DNA of 56,768 nucleotides, taken from Burkholderiales bacterium. Lineage in GTDB: Bacteria > Pseudomonadota > Gammaproteobacteria > Burkholderiales > SG8-41. This document shows, piece by piece, positions 45,662-54,510 of this stretch (position 1 is the stretch's first letter; each line of letters opens with the position of its first letter). Location: contig JBKJZR010000314.1 of the NCBI GenBank assembly GCA_046715035.1, positions 1-56,768 of the forward strand, read 5' to 3'. Made by a program: the position numbers and the translations under genes. The notes below the pieces were generated by a model. That model worked only from the letters and a program-made list of their open reading frames with translations. It was not told the DNA's origin and ran no database searches.

Positions 45662-45763
45662 GCGCGATGATTCTTGCCGCCGGGCGCGGCGAGACAAGTC
45701 AACGATGCGCTCACCGCCAAGGTTTGCATGAACGCGATGATACTTGCGGCCGGGCGCGGTGAG
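45662..45763 (+). repeat. Degenerate direct duplication of the murU 5' end (copies 45662-45693 and 45732-45763; 28/32 identical; offset 70 nt)
   Basis: Read directly: gcgcgATGattcttgccgccgggcgcggcgag versus acgcgATGatacttgcggccgggcgcggtgag. Both encode MILAAGRGE, and the upstream copy is out of frame with murU. Confidence 0.85.
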
Positions 45764-46408
45764 CGCATGCGGCCGCTTACCGACAGCGTGCCGAAAGCGC
45801 TCCTCGACGCGGGCGGCAAGCCGCTGATCGTAAGGCACCTCGAAAAGTTCGCCGCCGCCGGTTTTGCGCGGGTCGTGATCAACCACGCCCATCTCGGCGC
45901 GTTGATCGAGTCCGCGCTCGGGGATGGGCGCCGCTACGGCGTCGAGATCGCCTATTCGCGCGAAGTGGTCGCGCTCGAAACCGCCGGTGGCATCGCCTAC
46001 GCGTTGCCGCTGCTCGGCGCCGCACCGTTCGCCGTCGTCAACGCCGATGTCTATAGCGACTACGACTATGCACACCTTTCCCGCGCGCTGGCGCGGATCG
46101 GACCGGACGCGGCGCTCGCTCATCTGCTGCTCGTGGACAATCCTGCGCATCATGTCGAAGGCGACTTCGCTTTGGCCGAAGGCCGCGTCACGCTTACCGG
46201 CAGGCGACTTACTTTCAGTGGGATTGCCGCCTATCACCCGCGGTTTTTTGCCCCCGTCGCACACGGCAGGACAGCGAAGCTGGCGCCGCTATTGATGGAG
46301 GCGATTGCTGCGCGGCGCGTGACCGGTGAATACCATCTCGGCTGCTGGCGCGATATCGGTACACCCCAGCGGTTGACGGCGCTCAACAGCGAGCTTGCCG
46401 GGCGTTGA
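45728..46408 (+). CDS. murU: Nucleotidyltransferase, probable N-acetylmuramate alpha-1-phosphate uridylyltransferase
   Basis: M(NA)MILAAGRGERMRPLTDSVPKALL is the sugar-nucleotidyltransferase signature. Length is about 226 aa and it lies immediately downstream of the amgK-like kinase. The start is either ATG 45728 or ATG 45737. Confidence 0.78.
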   Translation: MNAMILAAGRGERMRPLTDSVPKALLDAGGKPLIVRHLEKFAAAGFARVVINHAHLGALIESALGDGRRYGVEIAYSREVVALETAGGIAYALPLLGAAPFAVVNADVYSDYDYAHLSRALARIGPDAALAHLLLVDNPAHHVEGDFALAEGRVTLTGRRLTFSGIAAYHPRFFAPVAHGRTAKLAPLLMEAIAARRVTGEYHLGCWRDIGTPQRLTALNSELAGR

Positions 46409-46486
46409 CAGCGCGACTCGCGCCGCTCCGCGCTTCACAGCATAGAGCTGACGAAGTCAGCACCCGTTGAAGGTTTATAATCGCGC

Positions 46487-47815
46487 ATGTCCGGTCAGCC
46501 ACCTCCTTCGATCGTGCCCGCCGTTTTTGGCGAGCGGCGCGCCCGTCTCGCCGAGCGCATGGGGCACGGCATCGCGATCGTGCCTACCGCCCCTGAACGC
46601 ACGCGCAATCGCGATGCGCATTACCCGTATCGCTACGACAGCTACTTCTATTATTTGACGGGTTTTCCCGAGCCCGAGGCCGTGCTGGTCCAGGTTGCCG
46701 GAAGCCGCCCGAAGAGCATCCTCTTTTGCCGCGCCCGCGATGCCGAGCGCGAGGTATGGGATGGCTTTCGCTACGGACCCGAAGGCGCGTGCGCGGCGTT
46801 CGGATTCGACGAATGCCGCGTCATCGGTGAGCTCGACACGGTGCTGCCTGCGCTGCTCGCCGACCAGGCCGAGCTGTACTGCCACCTGGGCGACGATGAG
46901 AAATGGACGAGCCGGGTACTCGGGTGGATTGCCGCAGTGCGTGCCCAGTCCCGCAGCGGGGTTGCGGCGCCGACTGCCATCCGCGACGTGCGCGCGCTGC
47001 TCGACGAGATGCGCCTGATCAAGGATGCGCACGAGCTCGCCACGATGCGCCGCGCGGCACGGATCACGACGGACGCGCACAAACGCGCGATGCGCGCCGC
47101 CAGTCCTGGCCGCGCGGAGTACGAGATCGAGGCCGAGCTGATGCACGAGTTTCGCCGGCAGGGCGCGCAGGCGCCGGCCTATACGCCTATCGTGGCGGGG
47201 GGCGCAAATGCCTGCGTGCTGCACTACGTGCTCAATGACGCCCGGCTCGCATCAGGCGAGCTGCTGCTGATCGATGCCGGCTGTGAGCTCGACGGCTACG
47301 CGGCGGACGTCACGCGCACATTTCCGGTCGACGGTAAATTCACCACGGCGCAGCGCGACGTCTACCAGATGGTGCTCGCAGCACAGGCGGCGGCGATCGC
47401 GGAAGTGCGCACCGGCGCGTCCTGGAATACCCCCCACGACGCCGCAGTGAGGGTGCTTGCAGAAGGGTTGATCGGTCTGGGCCTGTGCGAGGGCAGCGCG
47501 GACAAAGTGATCGAGACCGGCGAGTATAAAACCTATTATATGCACCGCACCGGTCACTGGCTGGGGCTGGACGTGCACGACGCAGGCGATTACAAGCGCG
47601 CCGACCAGTGGCGAACGCTGGAGCCCGGCATGGTCCTCACGGTGGAACCGGGCTGCTACATCCGGCCCGGCGCGCGGGTGCCTCGTCATCTCGAGAACAT
47701 CGGCATCCGTATCGAGGACGACGTCCTGGTGACGACAGACGGCCGTGAAGTGCTGACGCAGGCGGCGCCGAAGAACATTGCCGATATCGAAGCGTTGATG
47801 CAGCCGTGTGAATGA
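46487..47815 (+). CDS. pepP: Xaa-Pro aminopeptidase
   Basis: It has the M24B motifs (DAGCELDGYAADVTRTFP, HRTGHWLGLDVHD, TVEPGCY, IRIEDD). Length is 442 aa, in the pepP-ubiH order seen in E. coli. Confidence 0.93.
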   Translation: MSGQPPPSIVPAVFGERRARLAERMGHGIAIVPTAPERTRNRDAHYPYRYDSYFYYLTGFPEPEAVLVQVAGSRPKSILFCRARDAEREVWDGFRYGPEGACAAFGFDECRVIGELDTVLPALLADQAELYCHLGDDEKWTSRVLGWIAAVRAQSRSGVAAPTAIRDVRALLDEMRLIKDAHELATMRRAARITTDAHKRAMRAASPGRAEYEIEAELMHEFRRQGAQAPAYTPIVAGGANACVLHYVLNDARLASGELLLIDAGCELDGYAADVTRTFPVDGKFTTAQRDVYQMVLAAQAAAIAEVRTGASWNTPHDAAVRVLAEGLIGLGLCEGSADKVIETGEYKTYYMHRTGHWLGLDVHDAGDYKRADQWRTLEPGMVLTVEPGCYIRPGARVPRHLENIGIRIEDDVLVTTDGREVLTQAAPKNIADIEALMQPCE

Positions 47816-48953
47816 GAGCTTCGATATCGTCATTGCGGGGGGCGGGCCGGTCGGCGCCGCGCTCGCGCTGGGACTCAGCAGCAGCGGCGCCCGCATCGCT
47901 CTGCTCGAGCCACGCGCCGCCGCCGCAACCAGCGACGACGCTCGCTCGCTAGCGCTGGCGCACGGCAGCAGGCTGATCCTCGAGCGCCTCGGCGTATGGC
48001 CTGCGCTCGCGCCTGCGCTCACGCCCATCCTGCACATCAGCGTTTCACAACAAAGCGGTTTCGGCCGCGTCGAGCTGGATGCCGCTGGCGCGCGGGTGCC
48101 TGCGCTCGGCTATGTCGTCGGCTATGCTGCGCTCCAGCAGGCGCTGGCGGCCCGACTCGAGACGGCCGGGGCGCATGTCCTCGTCGGGCGCAGCGTGACC
48201 GAGGTTCGCGGCGACACTGGCAGCGCAACCGCGATACTCGACACCGGGCAGCAATTGCGCGCGCGGCTGATCGCCATCGCAGATGGTGGCGGGCAGCTCC
48301 GGATTTCGCATGTCGAAACCCGCGATTATCAGCAGTCGGCGTTGGTGTGCGAGGTGCAGAGTGAGCAATCGCACCGCAATAGGGCGTACGAGCGCTTCAC
48401 GTCCGGCGGACCGCTCGCGCTGCTGCCGGCTGCGCGCGGCTGGTCGCTGGTGTGGACCGCCGCCGCCCGCCATGCCGAGCAGCTCGCGGCACTCGACGAC
48501 CGTGAATTCTGCATGCGTTTGCGTGCCGTGTTCGGCGATGCGCTGGGCGAATTCAGTTCGCCTACCCAGCGCCGCGTATTTCCGCTCACGCTGCGCTATG
48601 CGCTGCGGCCGATCGCGCCGCGCACGGTGCTCATCGGCAACGCGGCACAAATGTTGCATCCGGTCGCGGGGCAGGGTTTCAACCTGGGATTGCGCGACGC
48701 GTGGGAGCTTGCGCGCGCGCTCGCCGCTCACCGGGCCGATCCCGGCGACGAAAAAATTCTGGAAAAATATTTTTCGCAGCGGCGCTTCGATCGAATCGCC
48801 ACCATTTTGTTCACTGATTCGCTGATCCGGTTGTTTTGCAAAGACATCCCGTTTTTGAGAGGCATTCGCGGCTGCGGTCTCGCCGTTATCGACGCGCTTC
48901 CCGGCGCGAAAAATTTCCTGGCACGGCGTATGATGTTCGGCACGCGCGGCTGA
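47808..48953 (+). CDS. ubiH: FAD-dependent ubiquinone biosynthesis hydroxylase (UbiH/UbiF/VisC/COQ6 family)
   Basis: It has the FDIVIAGGGPVGAALAL dinucleotide motif and the GNAAQMLHPVAGQGFNLGLRDA fingerprint. It overlaps pepP by 8 nt. Confidence 0.85.
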   Translation: MNESFDIVIAGGGPVGAALALGLSSSGARIALLEPRAAAATSDDARSLALAHGSRLILERLGVWPALAPALTPILHISVSQQSGFGRVELDAAGARVPALGYVVGYAALQQALAARLETAGAHVLVGRSVTEVRGDTGSATAILDTGQQLRARLIAIADGGGQLRISHVETRDYQQSALVCEVQSEQSHRNRAYERFTSGGPLALLPAARGWSLVWTAAARHAEQLAALDDREFCMRLRAVFGDALGEFSSPTQRRVFPLTLRYALRPIAPRTVLIGNAAQMLHPVAGQGFNLGLRDAWELARALAAHRADPGDEKILEKYFSQRRFDRIATILFTDSLIRLFCKDIPFLRGIRGCGLAVIDALPGAKNFLARRMMFGTRG

Positions 48954-49053
48954 ATAAAAAAATTCGTCGCTTTGCTTTTCTTGCAGCAGCGGCGAGATTA
49001 CAATTACGCCCTTCCCCGAACTTTTCGTTGACGCAGCACTTCAAGAACGCGCG

Positions 49054-50061
49054 ATGCACGTCGGTCCCTATCAGCTCAGGAATAATCTGCTCGTCGCGCC
49101 GATGGCCGGTGTTACCGATCGCCCGTTCCGACAGCTGTGCAAGCAAATGGGCGCGGGCATGGCGGTGTCGGAAATGGTGGCGAGCAATTCGCTGCTGTGG
49201 GGATCCGAGAAAACGCGCCGCCGTGCCAATCACGAAGGCGAAGTCGACCCGATTTCCGTGCAGATCGCGGGCGCTGACCCGGCGATGATGGCCGCGGCCG
49301 CCCGCTACAATGTCGACGAGGGCGCGCAAATCATCGATATCAACATGGGCTGCCCTGCCAAGAAGGTCTGCAACGTCATGGCCGGCTCGGCGTTGCTGCA
49401 GAACGAGCCGCTGGTCAGGCGCATCGTCGAAGCCGTCGTGAACGCGGTGGCGGTGCCGGTAACGCTGAAGATCCGCACCGGCTGGGACCGCAGCAACAGG
49501 AACGCCGTGCGCGTTGCCGCAATCGCCGAGGCGAGCGGCATACAGGCGCTCGCCGTGCACGGCCGTACGCGCGCCTGCGGATACAGCGGTGACGCGGAGT
49601 ACGACACCATCGCGGCGGTCAAGTCCGCGGTGCGTATCCCGGTAATCGCCAATGGCGACATCACTACGCCCGCAGAGGCCAAGCACGTGCTCGATTACAC
49701 CGGCGCGGACGCGGTGATGATAGGGCGTGCGGCGCAGGGACGTCCCTGGATTTTTCGCGAGATCGAGCATTATCTCGCCACCGGCACGCATCTGCCGCCG
49801 CCGGAAGTGGCGGAGATCCAGCGCGTGCTCGTCGCGCACCTGCACGATTTGTATGTTTTCTATGGGGAACATACCGGAGTGCGCATCGCCCGCAAGCACA
49901 TCTCCTGGTACACCAAGGGTCTCGCGGGTTCGGCGGCGTTTCGCCACGCCATGAACCAGCTGCAGACCTGCGCGGAGCAACTCGCGGCAGTCAATGAATT
50001 TTTCGGCGAGCTGGCGGGTTACGGCCAGCGTCTCAATTATGTTGAGGAACTAGCGGCATGA
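49054..50061 (+). CDS. dusB: tRNA-dihydrouridine synthase B
   Basis: It has LLVAPMAGVTDRPFRQLC, IDINMGCPAKKV and LAVHGRTR, which are Dus motifs. Length is 335 aa, in the conserved dusB-fis pair. Confidence 0.95.
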   Translation: MHVGPYQLRNNLLVAPMAGVTDRPFRQLCKQMGAGMAVSEMVASNSLLWGSEKTRRRANHEGEVDPISVQIAGADPAMMAAAARYNVDEGAQIIDINMGCPAKKVCNVMAGSALLQNEPLVRRIVEAVVNAVAVPVTLKIRTGWDRSNRNAVRVAAIAEASGIQALAVHGRTRACGYSGDAEYDTIAAVKSAVRIPVIANGDITTPAEAKHVLDYTGADAVMIGRAAQGRPWIFREIEHYLATGTHLPPPEVAEIQRVLVAHLHDLYVFYGEHTGVRIARKHISWYTKGLAGSAAFRHAMNQLQTCAEQLAAVNEFFGELAGYGQRLNYVEELAA

Positions 50062-50300
50062 TGATGAACGAGAACGAAATGGCCCGCTTCGTGCGCAAGG
50101 CCATCGACGGCTATTTCAAGGATCTCGATGGGGAGAAGGCGCGCGGCGTCTACGACATGGTGATCAATTGTGTCGAGAAGCCGCTGCTCGAAACGGTTCT
50201 GCACCGCCTTCAGGGGAATCAGTCCCACGCCGCGCAGGCGCTGGGCATCAACCGCAACACGCTGCGCAAGAAAATGAAGGCGCACGGCATCAAGGGCTAG
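50058..50300 (+). CDS. fis: Fis-family nucleoid-associated DNA-binding protein
   Basis: It is 80 aa with a C-terminal HTH, GNQSHAAQALGINRNTLRKKMKAHGI. It overlaps the dusB stop by 4 nt. Confidence 0.9.
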   Translation: MMMNENEMARFVRKAIDGYFKDLDGEKARGVYDMVINCVEKPLLETVLHRLQGNQSHAAQALGINRNTLRKKMKAHGIKG

Positions 50301-50343
50301 GATCAGGGATCGGGCGTGAGGATCGAGCCGTAGCGCCCAGCGT

Positions 50344-52098
50344 TTGCCGCACATGACTGTCATCAAGACCGCGCTGATCAGCGTCTCCGACAAGACGGGG
50401 CTGATCGAATTTGCGCGCGGACTCAAAGCACTCGGTGTCACCATCCTGTCCACCGGGGGCACCGCCGGTGCGCTGCGCGAGCACGGCATTGCGGTCACCG
50501 AGGTTTCCGAGCACACCGGCTTTCCCGAAATGCTCGACGGCCGCGTCAAGACGCTGCATCCGACGATCCACGGCGGCATCCTGGCGCGGCGCGATGTCCC
50601 CGCGCATGCACGGGCGATCGAGGCCGCGGGGATCGCGCCCATCGACCTGGTCGCGGTCAACCTTTATCCGTTCATCCAGACGGTCGCGCGCCCGGACTGC
50701 ACGGCGGCGGAGGCGATCGAGAATATCGACATCGGCGGGCCGGCAATGGTCCGCAGCGCAGCCAAGAACCACGCGCATGTGGCCGTGATCACCGATACCG
50801 GGGACTACCCGAGCGTGCTCGAGGAAATGCGGGCGAATGAAGGCGCAGTGAGCGCAAGCCTGCGGTTCCGGCTCGCGCGCAAGGCGTTCTCCCACACCGC
50901 TGCGTACGACGGTGCGATCAGCAACTACCTGAGCGCGCTCGACGACGCAGGTTCGAGCGTCCTATTTCCGCGCCGGCTCAATCTGCATTTCGACCTCGCG
51001 CAAACGATGCGCTACGGCGAAAATCCGCACCAGCAGGCCGCGTTTTACCGGGATCTCGAGCCCGCACCCGGAACGCTGGCGCATTACGCGCAGTTGCAGG
51101 GCAAGGAGCTGTCGTACAACAACATCGCGGACGCCGACGCGGCCTGGGAGTGCGTGAAATCGTTCGCTGCTCCGGCCTGCGTGATCATCAAGCACGCCAA
51201 CCCGTGCGGCGCAGCCATTGCCGCGAACGCGCTGGAGGCGTACCGGCTCGCGTTCGCGACCGATCCGACCTCGGCGTTTGGCGGCATCATTGCTTTCAAC
51301 CGGCAACTCGATGGCGCGACCGCAGCGGCGGTAGCTGAACAATTCGTCGAAGTGGTAGTCGTCCCCGGGATCTCGGCCGAGGCGCGGGCGGTGCTCGCCG
51401 GCAAGGACAACGTGCGAGTCCTGGAAGTGCCTTGGGAAGGTAGTGGTAAGGCACCCTACGCAGAAACCCTCCCTCACTCTGCGTCGGCTTTCCCCCCCTC
51501 GCTTCGTTCTCCGCGGGGGGAGGGGGAAGCACGACGCTCCCTTCTCCCTCCGGGAGAAGGGCTGGGGAGGGAAGAGACGCCAGCCCCTCTCCCCGGGGGG
51601 GAGGAGAAGCTCGTAACGTCGGACTTGTGGACGCGGATGGAATACAAACGCGTGGGCGGGGGCATGCTCGTCCAGACCCGCGACGATTTCGTGCTCGGCC
51701 AGGCGGATTTCAGGGTCGTGACCAAAGCGCAGCCGACCCCGCAACAGGAGGCGGACCTCGCTTTCGCCTGGCGCGTCGCCAAATTCGTCAAATCCAACGC
51801 CATCGTGTTCGCCGGCGGCGGGCGCACGCTCGGAGTTGGCGCAGGGCAGATGAGCCGCGTCGACTCCGCGCGCATTGCGGCCATCAAAGCGCGCAGCGCA
51901 AACCTCGCGCTCGCCGGCTCGGTAGTCGCGTCGGACGCGTTCTTTCCATTTCGCGACGGACTCGACGTGGTCGTCGATGCGGGCGCGATCGCGGTCATCC
52001 AGCCCGGCGGTAGCCTGCGCGATGCGGAAGTGATCGCCGCCGCCGACGAGCGGGGCATCGCGATGGTGTTCACCGGGCACCGGCATTTCCGGCACTGA
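50344..52098 (+). CDS. purH: Bifunctional AICAR transformylase / IMP cyclohydrolase, carrying an atypical insertion of about 59 aa
   Basis: It is collinear with E. coli PurH from [10 protein letters not shown] to the C-terminal HRHFRH. Length is 584 aa versus about 529, and the excess is confined to one loop (see findings). Confidence 0.95.
   Translation: MPHMTVIKTALISVSDKTGLIEFARGLKALGVTILSTGGTAGALREHGIAVTEVSEHTGFPEMLDGRVKTLHPTIHGGILARRDVPAHARAIEAAGIAPIDLVAVNLYPFIQTVARPDCTAAEAIENIDIGGPAMVRSAAKNHAHVAVITDTGDYPSVLEEMRANEGAVSASLRFRLARKAFSHTAAYDGAISNYLSALDDAGSSVLFPRRLNLHFDLAQTMRYGENPHQQAAFYRDLEPAPGTLAHYAQLQGKELSYNNIADADAAWECVKSFAAPACVIIKHANPCGAAIAANALEAYRLAFATDPTSAFGGIIAFNRQLDGATAAAVAEQFVEVVVVPGISAEARAVLAGKDNVRVLEVPWEGSGKAPYAETLPHSASAFPPSLRSPRGEGEARRSLLPPGEGLGREETPAPLPGGEEKLVTSDLWTRMEYKRVGGGMLVQTRDDFVLGQADFRVVTKAQPTPQQEADLAFAWRVAKFVKSNAIVFAGGGRTLGVGAGQMSRVDSARIAAIKARSANLALAGSVVASDAFFPFRDGLDVVVDAGAIAVIQPGGSLRDAEVIAAADERGIAMVFTGHRHFRH
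51458..51603. repeat. Cluster of four GC-rich hairpins (REP/MITE-like) embedded in frame in purH
   Basis: Four hairpins were read directly. (1) ACGCAGA(51458-64)/TCTGCGT(51478-84). (2) 51487-51500 with 51515-51530, about 13 of 14 positions paired. (3) CCCTTCTCC(51539-47)/GGAGAAGGG(51553-61), perfect 9 bp. (4) CTCCCC(51589-94)/GGGGAG(51598-603). Confidence 0.6.
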
Positions 52099-52197
52099 GA
52101 CCGTGAAACCCCGGGCGTCAGACGCAGCGTTATGGGCACCCGGCGGCGAGGCAGCAGCACGCGTGTCAGTCCGGTGCCCGTGTCGGCGCTGGGGCTG

Positions 52198-53499
52198 TTG
52201 AAGGTCCTCGTCATCGGCGGCGGGGGCCGCGAGCATGCCCTGGCGTGGAAGCTGGCGCAGTCGCCGCGCATTTCCAAAGTCTACGTAGCGCCCGGCAATG
52301 CCGGCACCGCACTCGAAGACGGCGTGGCGAACGTCGACATCTCGGGGCATCAGCAGCTCATCGATTTCGTAACGCGCGAACAGGTCGTGCTGACCGTCGT
52401 GGGTCCCGAGGCGGCGCTGGCTGCCGGCATCGGCGATGCGTTTGCCCGGGCAGGACTTAAAATCCTCGCGCCGTCGCAACGGGCGGCGCAGCTCGAAAGC
52501 TCGAAGGATTTCGCCAAAGCTTTCATGGCGCGCCACCGCATCCCGACCGCGGCTTACCAGAGCTTTACCGACGCCGCGGCCGCGCATCGCTACATCGACG
52601 GCCACGGCGTGCCGATCGTGATCAAGGCGTACGGCCTCGCCGCGGGCAAAGGCGTGGTCGTCGCCACCGAGCGCGCACCGGCGCACGAAGCGGTCGACGC
52701 CATGCTGTGCGGCGACAGAATGGCGATCCAGCACAATGCGGCGGGTCCCCGCGTCGTCATCGAGGATTTTCTCGAGGGCGAGGAAGCGAGCTTCATCGTC
52801 ATGGTCGACGGCGTCCACGCCCTGCCGCTGGCCACCAGCCAGGACCACAAGCGGCTGGGCGACGGCGACGCGGGCCCGAACACCGGCGGTATGGGCGCGT
52901 ATTCGCCGGCGCCGATCGTCACGCCCGACATCCACGCGAAAGTGATGCGCGAAGTGATCCAGCCGACGGTAGCCGGGATGGCAGCCGAAGGGATGCCTTT
53001 CGTGGGCTTTCTGTACGCGGGGCTGATGGTTGGCAAACGCGGTGACGTGCACGTGGTCGAATTCAACTGCCGACTGGGCGACCCCGAGGCCCAGCCGATC
53101 ATGATGCGGCTCAAGAGCGATCTCGCGGGTCTCGTCGAGCACGCCATCGGGGGCACGCTCGACAAGGCGCTGACCGAATGGGACCCGCGCGCCGCGCTCG
53201 GCGTGGTGCTCGCGGCCGATGGCTATCCGGACGCGCCGCGTAAAGGAGACCCCATCGCGGGCCTTCCGCAAGCGGGCGACGATTACCACGTGTTCCACTC
53301 GGGCACCGCGCGCGACGGCGATCGCCTACTGACGAGCGGCGGCCGCGTGCTGTGCGTGACCGCGCTCGGGCACAACGTCAGGATTGCTCAGCGGCGTGCG
53401 TACGAGATCGCCGCCGGGATCAGCTTCGACGGCATGCAGATGCGGCGCGACATCGGACATCGCGCCGTCCCCGTGCAGAGCAGGCGTGCAGCAACCTAG
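52198..53499 (+). CDS. purD: Phosphoribosylamine--glycine ligase (probable TTG start)
   Basis: The TTG at 52198 gives (M)KVLVIGGGGREHALAWKLAQSP, the canonical PurD start. ATP-grasp motifs follow. The 22-codon upstream extension from ATG 52132 is Arg/Ser-rich and not PurD-like. Confidence 0.93.
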   Translation: MKVLVIGGGGREHALAWKLAQSPRISKVYVAPGNAGTALEDGVANVDISGHQQLIDFVTREQVVLTVVGPEAALAAGIGDAFARAGLKILAPSQRAAQLESSKDFAKAFMARHRIPTAAYQSFTDAAAAHRYIDGHGVPIVIKAYGLAAGKGVVVATERAPAHEAVDAMLCGDRMAIQHNAAGPRVVIEDFLEGEEASFIVMVDGVHALPLATSQDHKRLGDGDAGPNTGGMGAYSPAPIVTPDIHAKVMREVIQPTVAGMAAEGMPFVGFLYAGLMVGKRGDVHVVEFNCRLGDPEAQPIMMRLKSDLAGLVEHAIGGTLDKALTEWDPRAALGVVLAADGYPDAPRKGDPIAGLPQAGDDYHVFHSGTARDGDRLLTSGGRVLCVTALGHNVRIAQRRAYEIAAGISFDGMQMRRDIGHRAVPVQSRRAAT

Positions 53500-53550
53500 G
53501 ATGGCGGCGCGGGAGACGTTTTCCGCGCGCCCATTCTCACGAGGAGAAAC

Positions 53551-54411
53551 ATGAATTTCGACCGTGCAACCCAGGACGTCGCCAATATCATCGCGCTCGA
53601 GCACGTCAACGTCACCATTCCCGACCAGCGGCCGGCGACCGCTTTCTATCTGGCCGGCATGGGGTTCACGCGCGATCCGTATCTGATGGTCGGACTCGAC
53701 AACATGTGGGTGAATATCGGACGTAGCCAGTGCCACCTGCCGCGCGGCGAGCCGATGCGCGTGCGCGGCACGATCGGCGTCGTGGTTCCGGACCTCGATC
53801 AGCTGGCGCGGCGGCTGGCGCGTGTGGAGCCGCAGCTCGCCGGCACGCAGTTCAGCTTTCAGGCGTATGGCGATCGGCTCGACGCGACCTGCCCGTGGGG
53901 CAACCGGTTTCGCTGCCACGCCCCGAGCCCCGAGTATGGAGCGGGCGATTTGGCGCTGGCATATGTCGAGTTCGAGGTGCCGCGCGTCAGCGCAGAAGGC
54001 ATCGCGCGCTTTTATCGCGAGGTGCTGCGCGCCAGCGCATCGCTCGGGCATCGCGACGGCGATGCCGTGGCGAGTATCGATGCCGGCCCCAGCCAGAAAC
54101 TCGTGTTCCGCGAAACCGCGGACGCACTGCCGCCCTACGACGGCCATCATATTCAGATCTACATCGCCGATTTTGCCGCGCCCTACCGTGTCCTGGCGGC
54201 GCGCGGGCTGATCACCGAGGAAAGCAACGCATATCAGTATCGGTTTCGCGACATCGTCGATCCCGCGACTGGCGCCGTGCTGTTCACCATCGAGCACGAA
54301 GTGCGCAGCCTCAGGCATCCGCTTTACGCGCGGCCGCTCGTCAACCGCAATCCGGCGCAGAGCAACAACGACTACGTGCGCGGCAACGACGCGTTCCGCG
54401 GCACGTTTTGA
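53551..54411 (+). CDS. Hypothetical protein, probable two-module VOC (glyoxalase/dioxygenase) fold metalloenzyme
   Basis: The 286-aa ORF has a good intergenic context. It has two modules with VOC-like openings (ALEHVNVTIPD; LAYVEFEVPR) and possible H/H/E ligands (HHIQIY). The family assignment is pattern-based only. Confidence 0.55.
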   Translation: MNFDRATQDVANIIALEHVNVTIPDQRPATAFYLAGMGFTRDPYLMVGLDNMWVNIGRSQCHLPRGEPMRVRGTIGVVVPDLDQLARRLARVEPQLAGTQFSFQAYGDRLDATCPWGNRFRCHAPSPEYGAGDLALAYVEFEVPRVSAEGIARFYREVLRASASLGHRDGDAVASIDAGPSQKLVFRETADALPPYDGHHIQIYIADFAAPYRVLAARGLITEESNAYQYRFRDIVDPATGAVLFTIEHEVRSLRHPLYARPLVNRNPAQSNNDYVRGNDAFRGTF

Positions 54412-54510
54412 GGCGATGTGACGCCCGGTAGTGATGGATGCGCGTGCTAGAATAATTTTAACGAAGAACGCAGGCGCACGGCCTGCGGCGACGCAAGAGG
54501 AAAGCGACCC

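Noticed and set aside
51439-51621. The purH insertion as an intein or a nested mobile gene.
   Set aside because: At about 59 aa it is too short. It lacks intein splice-junction residues (N-terminal Cys/Ser, C-terminal His-Asn plus Cys/Ser/Thr) and has no endonuclease motifs. The nucleotide hairpin structure points to a palindromic repeat element instead.
50962-53298. A 778-aa minus-strand ORF antisense to purH and purD.
   Set aside because: The same reasoning applies. purH and purD on the plus strand are unambiguous, and the antisense product is Arg-rich low complexity. The absence of stops follows from codon-position GC bias.
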